Below are positions 53,432-61,619 of a stretch of 64,000 nucleotides of DNA, piece by piece. Positions within the stretch are counted from its first letter, which is position 1; every line of letters begins with the position of its first letter. The DNA lies in contig DATDGG010000191.1 in assembly GCA_036522235.1 (NCBI GenBank), forward strand, positions 5,466-69,465, given 5' to 3'. This DNA is from Xanthobacteraceae bacterium. Lineage in GTDB: Bacteria > Pseudomonadota > Alphaproteobacteria > Rhizobiales > Xanthobacteraceae. The notes beneath the pieces are model-generated. The model made no database searches and was not told the origin of the DNA. It was given only the letters and a program-made list of their open reading frames with translations. The position numbers and the translations under genes are program-made.

Positions 53432-53874
53432 CGCAACAGCTCGACATGCAGGGAGAGCAATTTCACGAAAACGACATAGGCAAAGACCGTCAACCCGATT
53501 GCCAGCAACGTGATCGTCATCGGCCGGCGCGCCGAGCTGGCGCCGGCACTCACCAGCACGAGCAGGCCGATTGCCGGCGCCAAGCCGAAACGCGGCAGAG
53601 CGAGCGCAAAAAGACCCAAGGCTCCCGATATGAAGATGATCGGCCGCAAGAGTGGCGCGGCGATTGGCTCGCCATGTCCCTGGAGACCGCGCACGGTCAG
53701 AGCCGCCCCGAGCGCAAGCAGAAGGATCCCCAGTAACGTCGGGAAATAGCCCGGTCCCATCCTAAGAATGGTGCCACGCCCATATTGCGAACTCTCGACC
53801 AGAACGCCGACGGCAAGGCCGAGCGTGAGCAATCCGCCGATGACATCGGTGTTGCGTAATGCGGCCATGCTCAT
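53425..53874 (-). CDS. tctB: Tripartite tricarboxylate transporter small subunit TctB
   Basis: About 150 aa with 4 TM segments. Overlaps the tctA start. Start taken at MSMAALRN (the ORF is open to 53946 but would then overlap tctC). Confidence 0.75.
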   Translation of the reverse strand: MSMAALRNTDVIGGLLTLGLAVGVLVESSQYGRGTILRMGPGYFPTLLGILLLALGAALTVRGLQGHGEPIAAPLLRPIIFISGALGLFALALPRFGLAPAIGLLVLVSAGASSARRPMTITLLAIGLTVFAYVVFVKLLSLHVELLRW

Positions 53875-53923
53875 GTCGCGTGTCTCAGCCGTCTGGTCGG
53901 GACGCCACTTGGCATCAGGAGTG

Positions 53924-54895
53924 CTATTCGAGCTTGACCCCCGCATCGATCACCATGGCCCTCCAACGGGGAATGTCCTCCTTGAGGAGACTGGTGAAGG
54001 CCTCTGCGGTGCCTCCCAGCGGATCTATCCCGATCGATATGATCTGCTTGCGCACCTCGGGAGTTTCGAGAATGTGATTGATCTGCGCATTCAGCAAGCG
54101 AACGACCTCAGCCGGTACGCCTTTCGGCGCCAGCAGGCCGTTCCAGGCAACGATGTTGAACCCCGGATACCCGGACTCGGCGATGGTCGGTATCTCAGGC
54201 GCGACCTGCGGACGATGCTCGCTCGTCGTGGCGAGGACCTTGAGCCGCGCATCCCGAACCAGCGGCAAAGCCGGGACAATATCGGTCAGCGTGATCTGCA
54301 CTTCTCCGGACATTGCCGCAGTAAGGCTTGGAACGCCCCCGTTATAGGGAACGTGGGTGATCTGAACGCCGGCCCGCTTGTTGATTTGCGCCAATGAAAT
54401 ATGCGCGGTTGTTCCGTTCCCGGAAGTCCCGGCGGCGAGCGCGCCGGGTTGCTTCTTTGCCAGCGCAATCAAATCGGCAAAGCTCTTTACCGGGAGTGCA
54501 GGATTGGCAACAACAACGAGGCCATTCTCGCCGGTCAGGACGATCGGCGTAAAGTCGCGCAACGTGTCGTAGCGCAGCGAGGGGTATAGGGCGAGGTTCG
54601 TCGTCAGCGGTGAATTGGTGGACATCAGCAACGTGTAGCCGTCGCTTGCCGCTTTCGCTACGTATTCCGCGCCGACGCTGCCACCGGCGCCAGGCCTGTT
54701 GTCAATGATCACCTGCTGGCCCAAGGATTGCGACATCTCGCGCCCGAGCGCGCGGGCCAAGAGATCGACCGTTCCCCCAGGGGTATAGGGCACGACAATC
54801 GTGATCGGGTGATCCGGATAGCCGGCAAGGGCAGGGCTCAAGGAGAGACCAACAGCCGCGGCCGCGAAAAGAAACTGCAGAGCGTATTTTCGCAT
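53924..54895 (-). CDS. tctC: Tripartite tricarboxylate (Bug-family) periplasmic receptor TctC
   Basis: Signal peptide MRKYALQFLFAAAAVGLSLSPALA. YPDHPITIVVPYTPGGTVDLLAR Bug signature. Confidence 0.92.
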   Translation of the reverse strand: MRKYALQFLFAAAAVGLSLSPALAGYPDHPITIVVPYTPGGTVDLLARALGREMSQSLGQQVIIDNRPGAGGSVGAEYVAKAASDGYTLLMSTNSPLTTNLALYPSLRYDTLRDFTPIVLTGENGLVVVANPALPVKSFADLIALAKKQPGALAAGTSGNGTTAHISLAQINKRAGVQITHVPYNGGVPSLTAAMSGEVQITLTDIVPALPLVRDARLKVLATTSEHRPQVAPEIPTIAESGYPGFNIVAWNGLLAPKGVPAEVVRLLNAQINHILETPEVRKQIISIGIDPLGGTAEAFTSLLKEDIPRWRAMVIDAGVKLE

Positions 54896-54942
54896 CGACA
54901 TCCTCCCAAGGTTCACCTTCTGGTAGGTGGCTGCCTCACGGC

Positions 54943-56400
54943 CTAGGCGCAGAAGCTGCGGGCATCCCGAAGCACGCCATCAAGCGCGCGATGTACAATG
55001 CCATCGTCAGCATAGGCCGACTGCGCCGCACGAGCTTTGTTATCCAGCTCCTCCCAGCTTTTGCGCAGGGCTTCTTTGTCAATCGTGGTCGGCCAGATTG
55101 TCCGGCCGAGCACGATATCCATGATCTCCTGCTGATCGACATCGAACTCACGGCCGGTCTCGGCGTGCAACAGACCTTTCAAATCGGGCGGTGGCTCGTT
55201 GTAGTAGTGCGCGCGCACCATCGCGCCGAGAATACGGTGGCCGATGCGGAACGGAACGCCGAAGTCATAAACGAGCCTATCATGCGCTTCGCTGGTTCCG
55301 GCGTAATCAAGAAGAGCCTTCCGTTTCATTTCTTCGATGTAGAAGGTGCCTTTGTCGATCACGTCGGCCATGTAAGCCGTGTTGGCGACGATATCGAGCG
55401 CCGCCTGATACAGGGTGCCCGACGAATAAATCGGTTCCGAGCCCTCCGACGGGCCCGCGCAAGATGCGGCCATCTCTCCGGCGAGGCGCGTGCTCGCCAT
55501 CACGCCGGCGCCGATGACCTCCTGGAGGCCGAACGGAACCTTTGCATGCGGGAGCGCGCTGCTGCCGCCGGCATGTTCGTCGGCAAGATCGAAGAGCGAG
55601 AATTCCGGCGTAACCCAAATCCGCAGATCCTGTGCGAGGCGAGCCAGGTCTACGGCGATGAGAGCCAGGGCAAAGAAGGGCTCGCTGAACTGGTCCTGAA
55701 CCCAGATACCATCACGGCGCAGGCGCGCGCGGGCGGTGAAGCCAAGTCGAACGCTGACCGCGTCAAACAGCTGGTTGGTCTGCTGTCGGCCACCGAAGGT
55801 CGACGGGCCATAGTCAAGCCGCTGGTCGATTTGCTTCAGCCTCTGCAGATGGCGTTCGAACGTGACCGCCCAAGAGAGAAGGTACTCCCCGATCGTGGCG
55901 AGCCCCGAATGCTGAAGATGGTGATAATTTGGCGCCAACGCATCGAGCAGCGGCTCGGCGCGATCGACTATGCGGCGCACAAGGTTGGCAATCTGCCTTC
56001 CCTGGTCGTGCAGCGCTTGCCGAAAGAATAGGCGAGGGATGTAGTTGCGCAGGCTTTCCCCGCGGTTGCGGCCGAGGTGCAACCAAGCCGCGTCCGCCTT
56101 CGCCACATTTTTTGAAATCCATTGTTCGCGTTGCGCGACGATATCGCCCGGAGGTCTCGAGAGATCACGATTCGGCAATTCGTCGATAAGCCCCAACACC
56201 GCCGCCATCAGGTGTTGCGCGCAATCGCGAGGCATGAGGTTCATCTGTGCGGAGCACAGCAAATAGGCCAGGTCAGTCATCAGCATGAGGCGCGCAGTGA
56301 ATTGGCTGGCGCGCGCCTCTGGCTCGTTGACCGCGCGTAGATAGCTCTGCGCCTTAGCTCCCGCGAGGCGCCCTTGCGCGACGTTCTCGGTCCCGGCCAT
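54943..56400 (-). CDS. Fumarate-lyase superfamily protein (argininosuccinate-lyase-like, divergent)
   Basis: 485 aa, all-helical lyase layout. Signature region reads GGSSALPHAKVP instead of the canonical GSSxMPxKxN. Confidence 0.8.
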   Translation of the reverse strand: MAGTENVAQGRLAGAKAQSYLRAVNEPEARASQFTARLMLMTDLAYLLCSAQMNLMPRDCAQHLMAAVLGLIDELPNRDLSRPPGDIVAQREQWISKNVAKADAAWLHLGRNRGESLRNYIPRLFFRQALHDQGRQIANLVRRIVDRAEPLLDALAPNYHHLQHSGLATIGEYLLSWAVTFERHLQRLKQIDQRLDYGPSTFGGRQQTNQLFDAVSVRLGFTARARLRRDGIWVQDQFSEPFFALALIAVDLARLAQDLRIWVTPEFSLFDLADEHAGGSSALPHAKVPFGLQEVIGAGVMASTRLAGEMAASCAGPSEGSEPIYSSGTLYQAALDIVANTAYMADVIDKGTFYIEEMKRKALLDYAGTSEAHDRLVYDFGVPFRIGHRILGAMVRAHYYNEPPPDLKGLLHAETGREFDVDQQEIMDIVLGRTIWPTTIDKEALRKSWEELDNKARAAQSAYADDGIVHRALDGVLRDARSFCA

Positions 56401-56487
56401 CTCCTTCCTCCTTTACGCTTCCGAGCCCGCCTTAAAAAGGCCCCCAATCAATTCTCAAGACGCCGTTCTGCTCCAATTGCGCTGCTA

Positions 56488-57012
56488 TCAAAAACGTGAA
56501 CCGCGCCTGGCGACATTCTGCCGAATCCGGTGCAACGCATTGAACAGCATTTCAATCTCTGCCTTTTTGAAGCCAGCGAGCGCGGCGTTGTGGTTGATGC
56601 GGGCAACCGGCAAGAGCTTTGGTTTGAGCGCGCGACCTTCCGGAGTGAGGCGCACCGTTACAAGTCGCTTGTCCTTGCTGCGGCGGTCAAACCGGATCAA
56701 CCCGCGAAGCTCCATACGCCTCAGCTGGGCCAGCGTCGTGGGCTTCGATGCGCGGACGCGTCGACTAAGCTCACTTTGCGTCAATCCGTCCTCGTGCCAC
56801 AATGCACGTAAATAGAGCCACATTCCGATTTGAAGACCAAGGGAGGCGAGACGCGCCTGCAGGTCGCCTTCGACCGCGCGATCGGTCCGGCGCAACTCGA
56901 GTCCAATACTGTGCAATTGCCCGGCTTCTTCCGCCTCGGCTCGAAGTTGCAGATTCCGTTCGGCGTTGGGGGTCAAATTCGGCACTGGCTTTCTGGCAGA
57001 AGAGCTTCGCAT
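56488..57012 (-). CDS. MarR-family transcriptional regulator
   Basis: Winged HTH LTQSELSRRVRASKPTTLAQLRRMELRGLIRFDRRSKDKRLVTVRLTPEG. Start taken downstream of the ALDH stop. Confidence 0.88.
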   Translation of the reverse strand: MRSSSARKPVPNLTPNAERNLQLRAEAEEAGQLHSIGLELRRTDRAVEGDLQARLASLGLQIGMWLYLRALWHEDGLTQSELSRRVRASKPTTLAQLRRMELRGLIRFDRRSKDKRLVTVRLTPEGRALKPKLLPVARINHNAALAGFKKAEIEMLFNALHRIRQNVARRGSRF

Positions 57013-57041
57013 GTCAGTTTCAGCCTCGTTGAAAGTGTTGT

Positions 57042-58553
57042 TCAGTTCAGCCTCAAGTAAATGTTCTTTTCCTGCGTAAAGGAAAGAAGCTCTTCGAGAC
57101 ATTCCTCGCGTCCCATTCCTGATTGCTTGAATCCGCCGAACGGCGCTCCGAGCAGATGCTGTCCGACATGATTGATCCATACATATCCCGCCTCGACCCG
57201 CTTGGCCGTGCGATGTGCGCGATTGAGATCATTTGTCCAGATGGAGCAAGTCAAGCCAAACTCCGTATTGTTGACTGCTCCAAGCATCGTATCTTCGTCC
57301 GACCACCTGAGAATCGAGAGCACCGGTCCGAAAAGTTCCTCGCGCGCTATCGTCATGTCTGGAGTGACATCGGCGAAGATGGTTGGTTCGATAAACCAGC
57401 CGCGTGATAGTTCGGGTGCGCTCGGACGGCCGCCGCCATGGACGATGCGGGCGCCTTCTCGTTTACCGGCCTCGATGTAAGAGAGGACCCGGTCAAATTG
57501 CGTCTTGCTGACGATCGCTCCCATTGTAGTCGACGGTTCGGTGGGCGAGCCGGGCTTGAAGGCCGCGACTTCATGAATGACCTGCTCGATGACGCGCTCA
57601 TGGATTGAATCGTGCACGAAGGCACGACTGGTCGAGCCGCACGACTGGCCGCACCAGGTGAAATTCATGCCGGCGACTATGGCCGCGGCGACCCGCTTCA
57701 GGTCGGCATCCGCAAAGGCGATGAGCGCATTCCTTCCGCCGAGCTCCACAAGAGTAGGCTTGATGCCCGCTGCCGCAGATCGCATCACTGCCCGACCCGT
57801 GGGGACGCTTCCGATCAGCGCAACCATGGCGACCCCAGGGTGTGCGACGAGCGCGCTGCCGACGTCGCGGTTGCCCGGTAGGACGTTGAGGACGCCTGGG
57901 GGAAGCAGGTGGCCGGTGAGTTCGGCGAGACGAAGCGATGACAGGGGCGCCTGTTCAGGCGGCTTTACGATGACTGAATTGCCGGCGGCGAGCGGCGCCG
58001 CCGACTTGCCGGCGCAGAACATGAACGGGTGATTGAACGGCACGATCCGGGCTACGACGCCCACCGGCTCACGTACCGAGAAATTGACGGCGTTCGGTCC
58101 CACGGGAATGGACGCGCCTTTCATCTCAGTCACCAGGCCGGCGAAAAAGTCCATCTGCGTCGCCGCAGAGAGGACGTCCGACTCCATTTCACGCACAGGA
58201 TTACCGCTGTCGGCAGAATCCAGGAAAGCAAGCTCGCGCGCGTGTCTGCGCAAGATGCTTCCGATTTCTCGCAACGTTTTGGCGCGGTCGGCCGGATGGA
58301 CGTCGCGCCATTCAAGAAACCCACGCCGGGCGGCGGCGACCGCCACATCGACATCGTCCACTTCGGCGTCCGCAATCTCGCAGATCGGCTCGCCAGTCGC
58401 AGGACTCGACACTTGCACCACCCGTCCCGAACGCGGCGAATGCCATCGTCCGTCATAAAAGAGCTCGCGCTTGCGAGGCAAAACGTCTTCTAGCGATAAA
58501 GGGCGGGCCACAGCGGGCTTTTCCGGGCTAAGCGCAGGTGCGGTCGACGTCAT
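57042..58553 (-). CDS. NAD(P)+ aldehyde dehydrogenase
   Basis: VELGGRNA (ELGG) and FTWCGQSCGSTSR catalytic Cys motifs. 503 aa. Confidence 0.93.
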   Translation of the reverse strand: MTSTAPALSPEKPAVARPLSLEDVLPRKRELFYDGRWHSPRSGRVVQVSSPATGEPICEIADAEVDDVDVAVAAARRGFLEWRDVHPADRAKTLREIGSILRRHARELAFLDSADSGNPVREMESDVLSAATQMDFFAGLVTEMKGASIPVGPNAVNFSVREPVGVVARIVPFNHPFMFCAGKSAAPLAAGNSVIVKPPEQAPLSSLRLAELTGHLLPPGVLNVLPGNRDVGSALVAHPGVAMVALIGSVPTGRAVMRSAAAGIKPTLVELGGRNALIAFADADLKRVAAAIVAGMNFTWCGQSCGSTSRAFVHDSIHERVIEQVIHEVAAFKPGSPTEPSTTMGAIVSKTQFDRVLSYIEAGKREGARIVHGGGRPSAPELSRGWFIEPTIFADVTPDMTIAREELFGPVLSILRWSDEDTMLGAVNNTEFGLTCSIWTNDLNRAHRTAKRVEAGYVWINHVGQHLLGAPFGGFKQSGMGREECLEELLSFTQEKNIYLRLN

Positions 58554-60127
58554 TGGGTCCTCAGCGCGCCTGGCGCCTCGTTGTTGGCCAAAGCACGAAG
58601 TGCCTTTTTATCCACTTTGCCGTTATGAATCCGGGGTAGGGCGTCGACGAATTTGATGAATCTCGGTTTTTTGTAACTCGCGATTTGGCGCCGGCAGTGA
58701 GCAATCAGCTCTTCAGATGTGACAACCGCGCCCGGACATGGGGCGACAAAGGCAAAGACACTTTCACCCCAGGTTTGATCAGGAATGCCGACCACCGCTG
58801 CTTCACGGACCGCCGAATGCGTCGACAGCGCTTCCTCTACCTCGCGGGAATAGATGTTTTCACCACCCGATACGATCGTGTCCTTCTTTCGGTCAACGAC
58901 GAAAAGAAAGCCCTCCTCATCGAGGTAGCCGATATCGCCAGTGCGCATCCAGCCGCCACGAAGAGCGTTGATTGTTTGACCCGTGCGGTTCCAATATCCG
59001 GTCATCACGGCGGGGCTACGCAGAAGAATCTCACCCGGCTTCCCCGGTGCGCACCGGGCATTGTCGCCATCGCCTGTCGTGCCAACACCCTCTATGCGCA
59101 GATCGACCCCGAGATAGGGCTGGCCGGCAGAGGCCAGGCGACGCACTTCCTCGGGACTGCCATCAAGCACGTGCTGATGCGCCTTCAGCACGGTCCCCAG
59201 AACGCATTCGGTCATCCCGTAAAGCTGAACGAAGATCGGGCCAAACGTCTCTATCGCTCGGCGCAGAAGGGTGACGGGCATGGGGGCCGAGGCATAGTGC
59301 ACCAAACGCAGGCTACGATGATCGATTTTGGACAGATCGGGATGATCGAGCAGCATTGAAATCATGGTCGGCGCCAAGTGCGCCGCCGTCAGCCGTTCGC
59401 GGTCAATCAACGCGAGAGCCTGACCGACGTCAAAAGTGGATTGCAGATAGGTCGTCCCTCCAGCCAGCCAGAACGCCATCTGTTCAATCTTGCCGCCGAC
59501 ATGGAACAGCGGCATCACGATCAAAGCGCGGTCGGTGGGCTGCACGCCACCTTCCCAAGACCCGGCCCTGGCTGCTTGCACGATCGCACGATGGCTCAGC
59601 ATGACGCCCTTGGCGTCGCCCGTCGTGCCGCTCGTATAGACGAGCGACTCGATTGCCTCGTCGTCCATGTGGACATCGGGTCGATGCGGGGAGGCCTTGC
59701 TCAGCATATCTTCGTAAAGTTCGCTTCCGGCTACGGACTCCAGCACGGTGGCGTGGCAGCGAATGGATGGACACACCTCAAGGAGAGCCGCAGCGACTGC
59801 TGCAAAGCTCGGCTCGTAGACCAGCGCTTCCGGTTCGCAATCTTTGACAATTCGGGTCAGTTCGGCCGCCGCAAGGCGCCAGTTAAGGGGCACTCCGATC
59901 AAACCGGCAGAGCCGCATCCGAACATGGCCTCGAGACACTCGATGCGATTGCGCATCAGAATGGCGACTCTGGCTTGAAACCCTATACCCCGATCGACGA
60001 GCGCATTGCCAAAGGCAAACACCCGTGCGGCAAAGTCCGAATGCGTGAGCCTGCGACCTTCGGTAACGAAGGCGGTCTTGCGCCCGAAAAGAAGCGCATT
60101 GCGCTCAACGAGACCGCCGATATTCAT
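58550..60127 (-). CDS. AMP-forming acyl-CoA synthetase/ligase
   Basis: LVYTSGTTGDAKGV AMP-binding motif, GWMRTGDIGYLDEEG, and a C-terminal K in PRIHNGKVDKK. Confidence 0.92.
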   Translation of the reverse strand: MNIGGLVERNALLFGRKTAFVTEGRRLTHSDFAARVFAFGNALVDRGIGFQARVAILMRNRIECLEAMFGCGSAGLIGVPLNWRLAAAELTRIVKDCEPEALVYEPSFAAVAAALLEVCPSIRCHATVLESVAGSELYEDMLSKASPHRPDVHMDDEAIESLVYTSGTTGDAKGVMLSHRAIVQAARAGSWEGGVQPTDRALIVMPLFHVGGKIEQMAFWLAGGTTYLQSTFDVGQALALIDRERLTAAHLAPTMISMLLDHPDLSKIDHRSLRLVHYASAPMPVTLLRRAIETFGPIFVQLYGMTECVLGTVLKAHQHVLDGSPEEVRRLASAGQPYLGVDLRIEGVGTTGDGDNARCAPGKPGEILLRSPAVMTGYWNRTGQTINALRGGWMRTGDIGYLDEEGFLFVVDRKKDTIVSGGENIYSREVEEALSTHSAVREAAVVGIPDQTWGESVFAFVAPCPGAVVTSEELIAHCRRQIASYKKPRFIKFVDALPRIHNGKVDKKALRALANNEAPGALRTQ

Positions 60128-60582
60128 TGCGAGACTCCCGCCGGCAGGCCCAACAGCGCGGACGCGATCCCCTCATGACAAAGCGTGTTATCTGTCTTCA
60201 GCAGGCGGGGCTTGCGCCGAAGAACGTATTTTCCCCCACTGCTGGCGACGCGTTTGTCGAGGATTTCCACTTCCGCAAACACGATATCGCCGATGAACAG
60301 CGGCGCCTTGAACGTCCACTCGGAAATTCCCAAGGCGCCGAGAAGCGGGTCGGCAAATTCCAACGCCGACGTCTGCAGGCCCAAAGTCAACGCGATGCCA
60401 AGGCTGCCGTGGAGGATGCGCTGTCCGAGCTTGTGCGCGCGCGCATATTCCGCATCGGCATGGATGGGACTCCAATCGCCGATCAGCATCATGAAGAGCT
60501 GGTGATCGGTTTCCGTCAGCGTACGCCGATGGCTGGTGAAGCGCTGCCCGGACTCCAGTTCAGTGAAGGAAAGGCGGGTCAA
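60124..60582 (-). CDS. MaoC-like (R)-specific enoyl-CoA hydratase/dehydratase
   Basis: Hotdog motif GDWSPIHADAEYA. TTG at 60582 was chosen because the longer ORF (to 60681) would overlap the upstream crotonase gene. Confidence 0.8.
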   Translation of the reverse strand: MTRLSFTELESGQRFTSHRRTLTETDHQLFMMLIGDWSPIHADAEYARAHKLGQRILHGSLGIALTLGLQTSALEFADPLLGALGISEWTFKAPLFIGDIVFAEVEILDKRVASSGGKYVLRRKPRLLKTDNTLCHEGIASALLGLPAGVSQ

Positions 60583-60586
60583 GTCG

Positions 60587-61411
60587 TCAGCCCTTGCCTG
60601 GCTCTTTGTCCGAGGACGGCAATCCAGGACGGTACTTCCCAGCGAGAAAGTCGCCGATCCCCTCGACGCGCCAAGCGTCATTCTGACGCAGAGCGAGCTC
60701 CATCTCCTTCGCGCTCGAGTAGTTCATCGCGGATTCCCACGGCATCTCCAGCGAGTGCCGATAGGCGTCCTTCGTCGCCTTCAGCGCCCACGGATCCTTC
60801 GACGCAAGCTCGCGCGCGACCGCCTTGGTCTCTTCACGAAGTTTCTCCAAGGGGACCGAAAGGTTTACCAGGCCGATCCGCTCGGCAGTCGTTCCGTCGA
60901 ATGGACGTCCGAGCATGCCAAACCAGAGCGCGTCCCTTGGGCGCATGATATTGGCAATCGCCTTGCTGACCGCCCCACCGGGGAAGTGCTTGAAGTTGAT
61001 CTCGGATAGGCCAAAAGTCGCCTCGTTCGCCGCGATCGCGAGGTCGCATCCTTCGACGATTGCGAAAGCACCACCAAAGCAATAGCCGTTCACCATCGCA
61101 ATCGTCGGCTTCGGAAAGAAGCGCAAAGTACGACCGCGCCACTCCGTCGCAACGCGCAAAATACGGTCGTATTCAACCGGCTGATCCTTCAGATCGGTAA
61201 AGAACTCCTTCAGGTCCATGCCGGCGCAAAATGAATTGCCCGCGCCGGTAATAACCAAGACTCGCACATCCGGATTGTAGCGCAATTCTTCGAGAGCGGC
61301 CGCCATATCCAGGTGCAGCCGCGGGTTCATCGCGTTCTTCTTGTTAGGTCGATTCAGAGTAAGCCAGCCAACTCCCTCTTCGACTTCAATCAGGAGAGTT
61401 TGATATCCCAT
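60587..61411 (-). CDS. Crotonase-family hydroxycinnamoyl-CoA hydratase-lyase (HCHL/Ech)-like enzyme
   Basis: LNRPNKKNAM, AGMDLKEFF, KPTIAMVNGYCFGGAF, ATFGLSEINF..PGG and GLVN.SVPL resemble feruloyl-CoA hydratase-lyase along the full length. Confidence 0.85.
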   Translation of the reverse strand: MGYQTLLIEVEEGVGWLTLNRPNKKNAMNPRLHLDMAAALEELRYNPDVRVLVITGAGNSFCAGMDLKEFFTDLKDQPVEYDRILRVATEWRGRTLRFFPKPTIAMVNGYCFGGAFAIVEGCDLAIAANEATFGLSEINFKHFPGGAVSKAIANIMRPRDALWFGMLGRPFDGTTAERIGLVNLSVPLEKLREETKAVARELASKDPWALKATKDAYRHSLEMPWESAMNYSSAKEMELALRQNDAWRVEGIGDFLAGKYRPGLPSSDKEPGKG

Positions 61412-61436
61412 GGCGCAAATGTCCCCATTTCTTCGT

Positions 61437-61465
61437 TAGCTAACATTCTGATCGGATCGGCGCAA
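61437..61465 (-). promoter_or_regulatory. Candidate sigma70-type promoter of the ech operon, with the -10 inside a palindrome
   Basis: Minus strand: TTGCGC-N17-TAGCTA. The -10 lies inside GTTAGCTAAC (61435-61444). Confidence 0.4.
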
Positions 61466-61494
61466 GGCCTTCTCTGGTGCAGGTCCTCGGCCTC

Positions 61495-61523
61495 TTGCAA
61501 GCCTCTGGCAAAGACGTTAGGAT
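61495..61523 (+). promoter_or_regulatory. Candidate promoter of aldolase copy 2, overlapping the second GTTAG..CTAAC site
   Basis: TTGCAA-N17-TAGGAT. GTTAG-N8-CTAACGAA at 61516-61536. Confidence 0.4.
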
Positions 61524-61619
61524 ACTTACTAACGAATTTCATCGTCTCGATGCTGCGAAAAGCTGCGCGCCGAACCGAGGTTGGACGACGTGGCTTCTCG
61601 GCCGCCAAGGAAAAGCGCC

